From contig OY759746.1 in NCBI GenBank assembly GCA_963662795.1, positions 2,592,001-2,656,000 on the forward strand: 64,000 nt of DNA, in the 5' to 3' direction. Shown here piece after piece: positions 50,199 to 59,353 of the stretch. Numbering within the stretch: position 1 is the first letter of the stretch; every line of letters starts with the position of its first letter. Made by a program: the position numbers and the translations under genes. A model generated the notes under the pieces. That model was not told where the DNA came from. It made no database searches and saw only the letters and a program-made list of their open reading frames with translations. The DNA comes from Spirochaetia bacterium. Its GTDB lineage: Bacteria > Spirochaetota > Spirochaetia > CADAEX01.

Positions 50199-51758
50199 GT
50201 GGAATCTTTTATTACCATAGATATTGGTACCACAAATTTTAAGTCAATGCTTTATAAGGCAGACGGAACTCTCCTTTTTACTTCTGTAAGAAGTTATCAG
50301 CCTGTTTTCCGCAGCAATCAGCAGGTAAGGCAGCACCCTGATACCTGGAAAAACGCTCTTTATGAAACGCTTGCTGAAACTGCCCTTTACCTGAAAGAAA
50401 ATAAAATACTGCCTTTGTCAGTCGTGGTTTCAAGTCAGAGGGCCTCTGTAATCCCTGTCGACCGGCAGGGAGAGCCGCTTTATGACGCGTTTATGTGGCA
50501 GGATAAAACAACCCTGCCCCAATGCGAATATCTTCGGGCCGGCATAGATCTTTACAGCGCATACCGGAAAACAGGACTCAGGATTGATCCATATTTTTCA
50601 GCGCCCAAGATATTATGGCTTCGCGATAATGAAAATCAGATTTATAAAAAAGCGTCAAAATTCCTGGGAGTACAGGATCTTGTTGTTTTTCTTCTGACAG
50701 GTAATTTTATTACAGACCACACACAGGCCTCCCGCACGCTGCTTTTTGATCTTGAAAAAAGGCTTTGGAGCGATGACATGCTGCATGCCGCAGGTATTTC
50801 TCCCGGTGTGCTGCCTGATCTTGTTCCACCCGGAGGAAAAGCGGGAATACTCTCAAAAACACTTTCTGAAAACACCGGCCTCCCGGAAGGACTTCCTGTA
50901 GTAATTGCGGGGGGCGATCAGCAGACTGCTGCAATAGGCCTTGGTGTTTTTAAAAACGGGAGAGCGGAAGCAAATACAGGAACCGGTTCTTTTGTTATTT
51001 CCCACAGCGATGTACCTGTCTTCGACCGGGAAATGCGTATACTCTGCAGTATTTCCGCCGTTCCAGACAGCTGGGTGGCCGAGGCAGGGATACTTACCTC
51101 CGGGATAGTTTACAAATGGCTTTCCGGTATAATCGGAGCAGTAAATACAGTCAATGATACTGAAAAACTTGATATCGGGGAAATAAACAATCTGGCGGAA
51201 CTATCTTCTCCCGGAGCAGGAGGAGTAATAATCCTTCCCCATTTTAAAGGTTGCGCAGCCCCATACTGGGACCCTTATGCAAAGGGTGTTATATTCAATC
51301 TCACACTTGCGAACACAAAAGGGGATATCGCGCGGGCAGCGCTTGAATCAATTGCACTTGAGCTTGCAGATAACGTGTCAATTATCGAAGAAAATACAGG
51401 CACACTTGACGGAATCGCTGTCGCAGGAGGCTTAACCCAGCTTGATCTTTTTAACAGGATACAGTCTGACGCTTTCGACAGGAAAGTCCTGCGGTATCAC
51501 AATCCTGAAGCCACATCTATAGGTTCCCTTATAATAGGGGGAACATCGGCCGGAATCTTCAGCAGCATTGAAGAAGGTTTCGACAGAATTGCACTGGGCG
51601 ATCCGGAGATTTACAGTCCTGACAGGACAAACGCGGAAATATATAAAAATTACAGCAGATTCAGAAAAAAATTATACTTAAGTCTTTCTGATAGTTCATT
51701 ATTCAAAGATGTATATGAATATCAGGAAAAAACAAAAAATAACAATGCAGAGAAATGA
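50199..51758 (+). CDS. FGGY-family carbohydrate kinase
   Basis: IDIGTTNFK, MWQD, GGDQQTA, NTGTGSF, GCAAPYW, VAGGL. GTG start behind GGAGG. Confidence 0.92.
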   Translation: MESFITIDIGTTNFKSMLYKADGTLLFTSVRSYQPVFRSNQQVRQHPDTWKNALYETLAETALYLKENKILPLSVVVSSQRASVIPVDRQGEPLYDAFMWQDKTTLPQCEYLRAGIDLYSAYRKTGLRIDPYFSAPKILWLRDNENQIYKKASKFLGVQDLVVFLLTGNFITDHTQASRTLLFDLEKRLWSDDMLHAAGISPGVLPDLVPPGGKAGILSKTLSENTGLPEGLPVVIAGGDQQTAAIGLGVFKNGRAEANTGTGSFVISHSDVPVFDREMRILCSISAVPDSWVAEAGILTSGIVYKWLSGIIGAVNTVNDTEKLDIGEINNLAELSSPGAGGVIILPHFKGCAAPYWDPYAKGVIFNLTLANTKGDIARAALESIALELADNVSIIEENTGTLDGIAVAGGLTQLDLFNRIQSDAFDRKVLRYHNPEATSIGSLIIGGTSAGIFSSIEEGFDRIALGDPEIYSPDRTNAEIYKNYSRFRKKLYLSLSDSSLFKDVYEYQEKTKNNNAEK

Positions 51759-51776
51759 AAAGGAGTTAATAATTAA

Positions 51777-52616
51777 ATGCTTGTAAAACTTGAAAAAATA
51801 CTTGAAACAGAAGGCGCTGTCGGGTCTTTTAATGTAGTTGACCTTGATATGGCCCTTGCGATAATTGAAGGGGCGGAGGAGCTTAGACTTCCTGTTATAA
51901 TCGGGATAGCTACCCGCCACTGGAAAGCTGCCCGCGGACAGCTACTGGCTCCTTCCATATTAAAGGCTATTGAAAAAGCCTCGGTCCCCTCTGTTCTTCA
52001 CCTTGACCACTCAGGGCCGAAAGAAGAGCACATTGTCAGGGAAGCGCTTGACAGCGGTTTCACGTCCATAATGATTGACGGCAGCAAACTGCCCTTTGCC
52101 GGGAATGCCGCGGTTACAAGGAATATTGTCGCACTTGCCAAAAGCTACGGCGCGTCCGTGGAAGGGGAGATAGGGGCGATTACAGGGGTTGAAGGGGTGG
52201 TAGACGGTGAGCATAAGGCTTCCGAAAGCCTTTTTACAGACCCTGATGAAGCTGAAAAATTTGTTGCCGAGACAGGCGTCAACGCGCTTGCCGTCTCGAT
52301 AGGAACAGCTCATGGCTTATATAAGGCAGAGCCTGTTATCCAGTTCGATCTGATCTCTGCCCTCAAAAATAAAGTTCCTGTTCCACTGGTCATGCACGGA
52401 GCAACAGGCCTGACTGATGAAGTTATGCGAAAGACAATTGAGTGCGGTATACGCAAGATTAATTATTTTTCAGGGCTGGTCGTCGAAGCGGTTGAAGGTA
52501 CGGGCCGTTATCTTGAAACAGCTGAAAAACCTGACTATGTAGCCATGAGAAAAACTCTTTTCGATGGATGGAAAAAACTCGCATCAAGGCAGATGAAAAT
52601 TTATTCCCTGAAATAA
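51777..52616 (+). CDS. Class II fructose/tagatose-bisphosphate aldolase family
   Basis: LHLDH, GFTSIMIDGS, VEGEIG, LAVSIGTAHG, LVMHGATG, KINY. Confidence 0.92.
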   Translation: MLVKLEKILETEGAVGSFNVVDLDMALAIIEGAEELRLPVIIGIATRHWKAARGQLLAPSILKAIEKASVPSVLHLDHSGPKEEHIVREALDSGFTSIMIDGSKLPFAGNAAVTRNIVALAKSYGASVEGEIGAITGVEGVVDGEHKASESLFTDPDEAEKFVAETGVNALAVSIGTAHGLYKAEPVIQFDLISALKNKVPVPLVMHGATGLTDEVMRKTIECGIRKINYFSGLVVEAVEGTGRYLETAEKPDYVAMRKTLFDGWKKLASRQMKIYSLK

Positions 52617-52636
52617 GTATTATAAAGTATTGATTT

Positions 52637-52685
52637 GTCTGATGAGCTGCGGGGCCTCAGATACCGGCACTTCAGCTCATCAGAC
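52637..52685. terminator. Long hairpin between convergent genes
   Basis: 13-bp perfect inverted repeat GTCTGATGAGCTG / CAGCTCATCAGAC around a 23-nt loop, no clear U-tract. Confidence 0.55.
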
Positions 52686-52721
52686 TGTCAAAGCGGAACA
52701 AAAGAAGGGAATACTGAGGGA

Positions 52722-52910
52722 TCATTGCTTCCGGTCATTTTCGCTGTTTTTTAATGCATATAGATCTTTAAGCGCCTTTATCCATTTACCGGGGCCGATA
52801 TAGCATGGGGCAAACGGGATGCTGCATATGATATCCTCAGGACTTTTGATATTGCCGGTTTCAAGTATTGCTTTTTTTACAGATTTTACATCACCCATTT
52901 TTATCTCCAT
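52722..52910 (-). CDS. Small hypothetical protein
   Basis: 62-aa ORF behind a GAGG SD, directly downstream of 52947..54053. Confidence 0.5.
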   Translation of the reverse strand: MEIKMGDVKSVKKAILETGNIKSPEDIICSIPFAPCYIGPGKWIKALKDLYALKNSENDRKQ

Positions 52911-52946
52911 ATCACCTCTTCCCTCAATTCGCGGCAAGTCTCATCT

Positions 52947-54053
52947 TTACGCAAAAAGTTCCAGCTGAAGCGGCTGAAGCTGTTTTTTCCCGTGTGCGGA
53001 TTTTTTTACTGCCGGATTTGTCCTGTTTCCGGAGGCTCCTGTTGCTGCAGCCCTGCCGGCGGCCGCGGTCGCTGCCGGTTTTTTAGTCCCTGAAGAAAGC
53101 TTCGGAAATTTAATTTCAAGTTCTCTGTCAAGTACAACAAAGAGATTTTCAATCTGCTCTGCAATCAGGGCGTCATCAGGGCTTTCCGCTCTTTCTCTGC
53201 TGTCTGCGCATGAAAGTTTTAAATCTTCAATAATTTCAAGATATGCTGATATTGTAACAGGTTCTGCGCAGTTTTTCCTTAAAAGCGACACTGCTGTTTT
53301 TATCCAGAACAGCAGGCTCAATTCCCTGTCTTCTTCCATCAGGGCAAGTGCGCTTAACCTTAGTGAATCTGTTTCTCCGAATACAAGTTTTATATTTTCA
53401 ATTAAAAGCTCAGGTGACATATCGTGAGAAAACAGCTGTTTAAGTGCCCAGACTGCTATGTTCTCTGCCGCTTTAGGGTCTTTGGGAAAAATATCTGTAA
53501 TAATCAGCGTAACACTGTCAATAAAACTGTCTTCTTCCCCGTTCTCAAGATTGCTGATACACATATTCAGGTTCAATGTGAAATTATGATTTTCCCTGTC
53601 AATTTCGCGCAGGAGACTTCTTTCAACTTCTGTAAATCCGTCTTTACTGTCAAATCCTGATCTGTCAATAAGGCTTTGAAGAATAGGAGATAAAAGTGCC
53701 GGAATGGATCCGGGATTTATCATGTCTGCTGCGATAGAGGCCTCTTCCGGCGAATTCCTGTAAATATCGTAAAGTGCTTCTGTAAGATATCTCCAGTCAG
53801 AAAAAAAGGAATCAGGTCTTATTTTTGAAAGATGCGACATTATCTCTTCATCATGCATGCCGTTTGTGACAGCCTCAAAAGCATCGGATACAATCTGGGC
53901 TTCGAATTTAAGGATATCATTATCCTTAAGCGCGTCTGTACGGCTTATGTAAAACGGGTCGATAAAATAATTATTTAACAGGTTCTCGAAATCTTTTCGG
54001 GTTTCAGATCGTGAACCGCCAAGCTGGCTTAATATAGATTTAATTGTGTTCAT
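52947..54053 (-). CDS. Hypothetical helical protein with C-terminal QLELF motif
   Basis: 368-aa ORF with an acidic helical body, an A/K/T-rich flexible tail and the end QPLQLELFA. Confidence 0.8.
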   Translation of the reverse strand: MNTIKSILSQLGGSRSETRKDFENLLNNYFIDPFYISRTDALKDNDILKFEAQIVSDAFEAVTNGMHDEEIMSHLSKIRPDSFFSDWRYLTEALYDIYRNSPEEASIAADMINPGSIPALLSPILQSLIDRSGFDSKDGFTEVERSLLREIDRENHNFTLNLNMCISNLENGEEDSFIDSVTLIITDIFPKDPKAAENIAVWALKQLFSHDMSPELLIENIKLVFGETDSLRLSALALMEEDRELSLLFWIKTAVSLLRKNCAEPVTISAYLEIIEDLKLSCADSRERAESPDDALIAEQIENLFVVLDRELEIKFPKLSSGTKKPAATAAAGRAAATGASGNRTNPAVKKSAHGKKQLQPLQLELFA

Positions 54054-54061
54054 AGTTAAAG

Positions 54062-54105
54062 AAACGGACGTTCATCAGTTAACTTGAGATTTTTGATTAT
54101 GTCAA
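54062..54105 (-). promoter_or_regulatory. Sigma70 promoter with GAAC-N4-GTTT box over the predicted start site
   Basis: Minus strand TTGACA (54105-54100), 17 bp, TTAACT (54082-54077), then GAAC-GTCC-GTTT (54073-54062). Confidence 0.6.
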
Positions 54106-54189
54106 TAAAAAAGAGATATTTAAAGCATATATCTGCTGCGGTGGCCTAAAGATGAAAATTTTTATATATTAAATGAAGGAAGCTTATGG

Positions 54190-55551
54190 ATGGATAATTC
54201 TGATATAATTCTTGACAGTATTTCGGACGGCGTTTTTACAGTAGACAGCGACTGGCATATTACCTCTTTCAACAGTGCGGCGGAAGATATTACAGGAATC
54301 ACCCGCTCTGATGCCAAAGGGCGGTTCTGTTCAGAAGTATTCAGGTCAAGCATGTGCGAAGAGGGCTGTCCTTTAAGGGAAACACTTAAAACCGGAAAGC
54401 CTGTGATAAATAAAACCGGTTTTATAATAGATGCTGATGGCAGCAGGATCCCGATAAGCGTATCAACTGCGGTACTCAAAAACAGCGAAGGAGAGGTTAT
54501 AGGCGGTGTCGAAACATTCCGCGACCTTTCAGAGATAGAAGCCCTTCGAAAGGAGCTTACGGGAAGTTTCAGCATTGGCGATATAGTAAGCCACAGCCCT
54601 GCCATGCGGAATGTTTCAGATATGGCGACAGCGGTTGCGGGAAGCCCGTCGACCGTACTGATACTTGGCGAGACCGGGACAGGCAAGGAATTGCTCGCAA
54701 GGGCCATACACACAATGGGGCGTGGCGAAGGCAAGCCGTTTGTCGCGGTAAACTGCGGAGCGCTTCCTGACTCTCTCCTTGAATCAGAGCTGTTCGGATA
54801 CAAAAAAGGGGCTTTCACAGGGGCTGCATCGGATAAACCCGGCAGATTTGCCCTCGCAGGAGACGGCACCCTGTTTCTGGATGAAATAGGGGAGATAAGC
54901 CCGGCGCTCCAGATACGGCTTCTGCGTGTTCTTCAGGAGCACACCTATGAGCCGCTCGGATCAACCAGTACAGAGACAACAGAAGCCCGGATTATAACCG
55001 CAACAAACAGGGACCTTGCGGCCCTTGTTAAAGAGGGGAAGTTCCGGCTTGATCTTTACTACCGGATAAATGTTGTATCGATAGAACTACCCCCTTTGCG
55101 CAAAAGGAAAGAGGATATTCCGCTCCTTGCTGACCACTTTGTGAGGAAATTCAACTTCCTGCAGAAAAGGGATATCGAAGGTTTTACCCCGGAATCCTAT
55201 TCAATAATGATAGCCTGGGACTGGCCCGGCAATGTAAGGGAACTTGAAAATGTTACTGAAAGGGCATTTGTCCTTTCAAAAGGGAGATGGATTACCCCAG
55301 AACAGCTTCCGGATGAGATAACAGGCGCTGATAATTACCTGCGCAGGAACAATCTTTCAGATGATACAGGAAGCATGGAGGAGGCAAAGAAAACAGCTGA
55401 AAAACAGATTATAATAGACGCTCTTGAGAAATCCGGTTTTAACAGGCAGAAAGCTTCAAACCTCCTTGGTATCCACAAAACAACGCTTTTCAGAAAAATA
55501 AAGGAACTTGAAATTATAATACCGCATGGAAAAAAGGACATAAGTGTTTGA
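54190..55551 (+). CDS. PAS-containing sigma54 enhancer-binding protein (OrpR-like)
   Basis: PAS with C-x8-C-x3-C (FCSEVFRSSMCEEGCPL), [38 protein letters not shown]. Confidence 0.9.
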   Translation: MDNSDIILDSISDGVFTVDSDWHITSFNSAAEDITGITRSDAKGRFCSEVFRSSMCEEGCPLRETLKTGKPVINKTGFIIDADGSRIPISVSTAVLKNSEGEVIGGVETFRDLSEIEALRKELTGSFSIGDIVSHSPAMRNVSDMATAVAGSPSTVLILGETGTGKELLARAIHTMGRGEGKPFVAVNCGALPDSLLESELFGYKKGAFTGAASDKPGRFALAGDGTLFLDEIGEISPALQIRLLRVLQEHTYEPLGSTSTETTEARIITATNRDLAALVKEGKFRLDLYYRINVVSIELPPLRKRKEDIPLLADHFVRKFNFLQKRDIEGFTPESYSIMIAWDWPGNVRELENVTERAFVLSKGRWITPEQLPDEITGADNYLRRNNLSDDTGSMEEAKKTAEKQIIIDALEKSGFNRQKASNLLGIHKTTLFRKIKELEIIIPHGKKDISV

Positions 55552-55560
55552 TGACATTCT

Positions 55561-55590
55561 CAACTATATATGATAAATTATATATAGTTG
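55561..55590. other. AT-rich inverted repeat (terminator or operator)
   Basis: CAACTATATAT-N8-ATATATAGTTG just after the activator stop codon. Confidence 0.5.
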
Positions 55591-55629
55591 ATTGTTGGTT
55601 TTGTTATTAATTAGTATCAGGAGAATAAA

Positions 55630-56147
55630 ATGAAAAAATATTCGCTATTTATTATCATTTCTTTTTTAATGATTTTTCAGCTTCAGGCTGAACCGGTATC
55701 TTCAGAGTGGGGAGCGGGGGCAGCATCTGCTGACAAAGACCTGAGCATTGAAGAAATGCTTAATTACGCAGTCCAGGATGAATATCTGGCACAAGGGCTG
55801 AATATGAGGCAATTATCGGTAAATTCGGCAGCCAAAAACCGTTTTCAAATATTATAAAATCTGAAGAAAACCATATTGCATGGCTTAAAGATGCTTTTAA
55901 GGATAAAGGGCTTGCCATGCCGGCGGACAGGGCGAATGAATATGTTGTTCTTCCTTCATCGCTTAAAGAGGCATTTCAGACAGGTGTTGCAGCAGAGATA
56001 GAAAATATTAAAATGTATGAAATTTTCATCGCCTCTGAGCTGGTAAGCAGACCTGAAAACTCATCTCTTAAGTCTTTGTTTATCAGGCTGCGTGATGCCT
56101 CTAAAAACCATCTCTCAGCTTTTAAAAATGGACTTGCAAAATATTAG
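55630..56147 (+). pseudogene. Frameshifted secreted ferritin-like (DUF2202-like) protein
   Basis: Signal peptide, EMLNYAVQDEYLA, then a frameshift near 55790. The other frame continues RAEYEAII..PFSNIIKSEENHI..GVAAEIENIKMYE..LRDASKNHLSAF. Confidence 0.78.
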
Positions 56148-56158
56148 AATTTGTAAAG

Positions 56159-56206
56159 GTAGCATTCTTGCCACTAAAACAATATTAATAGTTGCATAAA
56201 TGCTAC
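56159..56206. promoter_or_regulatory. Candidate activator sites for the orp-like operon
   Basis: Two imperfect palindromes, GTAGCATTCTTGCCAC (56159-56174) and GTTGCATAAATGCTAC (56191-56206), with centres 32 bp apart. Confidence 0.65.
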
Positions 56207-56332
56207 TAATTATCAAATATTGCTTAAAAATCTTCAAATATTTCCCGGAAACAATCACTATTTATCTCCAAAAACTCCAAACAATGGTTTGAAATCTTAA
56301 ATTATTAATGCATATTACTTAAATATCTTAGA

Positions 56333-56348
56333 TGGCACGGTAATTGCA
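56333..56348 (+). promoter_or_regulatory. Sigma54 (-24/-12) promoter
   Basis: TGGCAC-GGTAA-TTGCA, matching the consensus. Confidence 0.88.
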
Positions 56349-56359
56349 GTAATATCAGT

Positions 56360-56746
56360 GTGAAAAATATAAAAACATGCTTTTCCGTATGGCAGGGCAG
56401 GATAGCGCCGGTTTTTGATGTTTCGTCAAATATCCTGATTCAGGAAACTGAAGATGGAAAAGTAAAATCGGAATACAGTCTCCAGCTTCCTGCAGAAACA
56501 GTATTTGACAGGGTCTCATTTTTGGCTGACAACAGCGTGGATGTAATAGTTTGCGGTGCGGTCTCAAGGGAGACAGCTATGCTTTTGAATTTATTCAAAA
56601 TTAAATGTTTTCCGTTTATATCGGGCTCTGTTGAGGAAGTTGCAGCTGCATATCATGAAGAACGTCTTTCAGAAAGCAGGTTTTTAATGCCGGGGTGCGG
56701 CAGGCGCAGAATGTGCCGCAGACGGTTTAACCTGTATCATCAGTGA
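56360..56746 (+). CDS. NifB/NifX-family (Fe-Mo cofactor-binding fold) protein
   Basis: GRIAPVFDVS, VDVIVCGAVS, FISGSVEEV, MPGC followed by an Arg-rich tail. Confidence 0.85.
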   Translation: MKNIKTCFSVWQGRIAPVFDVSSNILIQETEDGKVKSEYSLQLPAETVFDRVSFLADNSVDVIVCGAVSRETAMLLNLFKIKCFPFISGSVEEVAAAYHEERLSESRFLMPGCGRRRMCRRRFNLYHQ

Positions 56747-56812
56747 TGAAAGTTAAAAACCGGATAAACTGTGTTATTAAGGAAAAAATCTTTAAATATG
56801 GAGGGTATATAT

Positions 56813-57178
56813 ATGCCAAAAGGTGACAGAACAGGCCCGATAGGGGGAGGATCAATGACAGGAAGAGGAGCAGGATTTTGCGCAGGTACAGGAGTACCGG
56901 GTTATGAAAATCCGCTTTACAGGTCATTCAGAAACAGGGGAATAGGATTTTTCAGCCATTTCGGATACGGCGGACCCGGAGCAGGATTCGGAAGAGGTTT
57001 TGGCCATGGTTTTTTTGGAAGAGGCATGGGCAGAGGTTTGGAAATTGATAATGAGCCTAAGGATGAAAAGGAATATCTTCTTTCAGAAAAAAAATTCCTC
57101 GAAAAGGATCTTGATGAAGTAAAAAGACAGATTGAACTTATTGATGAAGAACTTAACAGAAATGAAGGGAATGTATGA
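56813..57178 (+). CDS. DUF5320-like Gly/Arg-rich protein with coiled-coil C-terminus
   Basis: MPKGDRTGP.G.GSMTGRGAGFCAG, GFGRG repeats, C-terminal heptads. Confidence 0.82.
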   Translation: MPKGDRTGPIGGGSMTGRGAGFCAGTGVPGYENPLYRSFRNRGIGFFSHFGYGGPGAGFGRGFGHGFFGRGMGRGLEIDNEPKDEKEYLLSEKKFLEKDLDEVKRQIELIDEELNRNEGNV

Positions 57179-57534
57179 AAATAGTAGTAACAGCATCAGG
57201 TGAAGGACTTGATGCAGATATGGACAGCAGATTCGGAAGGGCCAGAAATTTTGTTATTTTTGATACAGAAACAGAAGAAGTTTCGTCGCTCGATAACTCT
57301 GTGAATCTCAATGCAGCGCAGGGTGCCGGAATCCAGGCAGCAGGTAATGCCGCAGAAACAGGCGCGGAAGTCCTGATTTCAGGGCACTGCGGCCCGAAAG
57401 CGTTCAGGGTACTGAAAGAGGCGGGAATAAGGGTTTACAATACTGAAGCCAAAACAGTGAGGCAGGCTCTTGATTTGTTTCTGCAGGACAAACTTGCAGA
57501 ATCCTCAGGTTCGGATGTAGAGGGGCACTGGTAA
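57175..57534 (+). CDS. Orange protein (ORP)-like NifB/NifX-family protein
   Basis: MDSRFGRA, AAQGAGIQAA, ISGHCGPKAF, C-terminal VEGHW. Confidence 0.87.
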   Translation: MKIVVTASGEGLDADMDSRFGRARNFVIFDTETEEVSSLDNSVNLNAAQGAGIQAAGNAAETGAEVLISGHCGPKAFRVLKEAGIRVYNTEAKTVRQALDLFLQDKLAESSGSDVEGHW

Positions 57535-58373
57535 TGACTATTGCTTTTGCATCAGGAAAGGGCGGCACCGGTAAAACTACATTTTCGGTTGCTTTTGCCC
57601 TTTCTTCTGATGAGGATGTAACCTTTCTTGACTGCGATGTTGAAGAGCCGGACAGCCATTTTTTTATCAGGCCTGAAATAACGGGAGAGGAAAAGATAAC
57701 TGTTCCTGTTCCGGTAGTCGACAGCGGAAAATGTACAGGCTGCGGAAGATGCGCAAAAGTCTGCAGATTCAACGCTATAACCATGATAGGCAAAAAACCT
57801 CTGATTTTTCACGAACTTTGCCACAGCTGCGGAGGGTGCGCAATTGCCTGCCCGGAAAAAGCCATCAGTGAGATTCAGAGGGTAACAGGCGTAATATCAA
57901 GCGGAAATAAGGATCATATTTCTTTTTATCAGGGGCTGCTTGATGTCGGAAACACAAAGTCTCCCCCGCTTATCAGGGCGGTAAGGAAAAAAGGGGATGG
58001 AGCTTCCCTTGTTATCATAGACAGTCCTCCGGGAACTTCATGTCCGATGGTTACAGCACTTAAGGGGGCGGATTACGCTGTTCTGGTAACAGAACCTGCC
58101 CCTTTCGCTCTTAACGATTTAAAAATAGCAGTTGAAACAGTCAGGATACTTGGAATTCCATTCGGTGTGGTAATAAACAAATCTGATCACCCTTTTCCGC
58201 AGACAGAAGAATACTGCAGGAAAGAAGCAATCCCTGTTCTGCTTAAGGTACCTGAAAAAAGGGCTGCGGCGGTAGGGTGTTCATCGGGTGAGTCGATTAT
58301 CAATATTTTCCCCGGACTTGGGGATGAAATAAAAAAAGCAATAAATACAATAAAAAAGGAAGCAGTCAGATGA
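57534..58373 (+). CDS. MinD-like P-loop ATPase with inserted 2x[4Fe-4S] ferredoxin
   Basis: SGKGGTGKT, DCDVEEP, CTGCGRCAKVC, CHSCGGCAIACP, DSPPGTSCP. Confidence 0.92.
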   Translation: MTIAFASGKGGTGKTTFSVAFALSSDEDVTFLDCDVEEPDSHFFIRPEITGEEKITVPVPVVDSGKCTGCGRCAKVCRFNAITMIGKKPLIFHELCHSCGGCAIACPEKAISEIQRVTGVISSGNKDHISFYQGLLDVGNTKSPPLIRAVRKKGDGASLVIIDSPPGTSCPMVTALKGADYAVLVTEPAPFALNDLKIAVETVRILGIPFGVVINKSDHPFPQTEEYCRKEAIPVLLKVPEKRAAAVGCSSGESIINIFPGLGDEIKKAINTIKKEAVR

Positions 58374-59317
58374 AAAAAATCAGTCATATATTCGGACCGG
58401 TACCGTCAAGAAGACTCGGAAGATCGCTCGGGATTGATCTTGTCCCGTTTAAAACATGTTCCTTTGACTGCGTTTACTGCCAGCTCGGCCGCACAACCAA
58501 TCTGACTGTAAAATGTGATAATTATTATGATCCTGATGAAATACTGGATGATTTCAGGGAGAAACTTAAAAAGGATAAAAGCTGCGCCGGTGCTGATTAC
58601 ATAACAATCTCAGGATCGGGCGAGCCGACGCTCAACAGTTCCATAGGGCGTATTATAGATGAGATAAAAAGGATTACAGATATACCTGTTTCAGTTCTCA
58701 CCAACGGGTCAATGCTCTGGAAAGATGATGTAGCTGATGCACTGATGAACGCAGACCTCGTTGCCCCTTCACTCGACGGCGGGACAGATGAGGTTTTTCG
58801 GCTTGTAAACCGGCCTGCAGAGGGTCTTTTTTTCAATCAGATTATTTCCGGACTTGAAAGCTTTACCGGTAAATTCAGGGGAACTGTCTGGCTTGAAGTG
58901 TTTCTCCTTAAAAATATTTCTGATAACGAAAAAGAAATAGAGGCTGTAAAGAGGAATTTGAAGGGTGTCCGTACAGACAAAATTCAGCTTAATACAGTAG
59001 CCCGTCCTGCGTGTGAGAATTTCGCCCTTCCTGTAACAAGACAGAAGATGGAAAGTCTTCTCAGGCTTTTACCCGATAACGCGGAAGTTATCGCTGATTT
59101 CTCAATGCAGGAGAGGGAAGTGTTCAGGGAAGCTGATGAGCAGGAGGTTTTAAATCTGCTTGAGAGAAGGCCCTGTACCAGGGAAGATATGTCGGTCAGC
59201 CTTGGAATGCACCTCAATGAGGTGGTAAAGCTGATTGAGGTGCTTGAAAGAAGCGGACTGATAATGAATGAGATAAAAAACGGGCGCAGCTATTATTTCT
59301 CAGCTGTACACGGATGA
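58370..59317 (+). CDS. Radical SAM protein with C-terminal winged-helix-like segment
   Basis: FGPVPSRRLGRSLGID, CSFDCVYC, SGSGEPTL, VLTNGS, QLNTVARP. Confidence 0.92.
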   Translation: MKKISHIFGPVPSRRLGRSLGIDLVPFKTCSFDCVYCQLGRTTNLTVKCDNYYDPDEILDDFREKLKKDKSCAGADYITISGSGEPTLNSSIGRIIDEIKRITDIPVSVLTNGSMLWKDDVADALMNADLVAPSLDGGTDEVFRLVNRPAEGLFFNQIISGLESFTGKFRGTVWLEVFLLKNISDNEKEIEAVKRNLKGVRTDKIQLNTVARPACENFALPVTRQKMESLLRLLPDNAEVIADFSMQEREVFREADEQEVLNLLERRPCTREDMSVSLGMHLNEVVKLIEVLERSGLIMNEIKNGRSYYFSAVHG

Positions 59318-59353
59318 TAAAGCAGGAATTATGAACAGGATAAAATACTGAAT

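Noticed and set aside
52637-52685. Hammerhead ribozyme suggested by CTGATGAG
   Set aside because: No GAAA core after stem II on either strand; the motif is one arm of a simple inverted repeat.
54162-54869. 235-aa antisense ORF
   Set aside because: Mirror of the conserved AAA+ region of the sigma54 activator, with no independent evidence.
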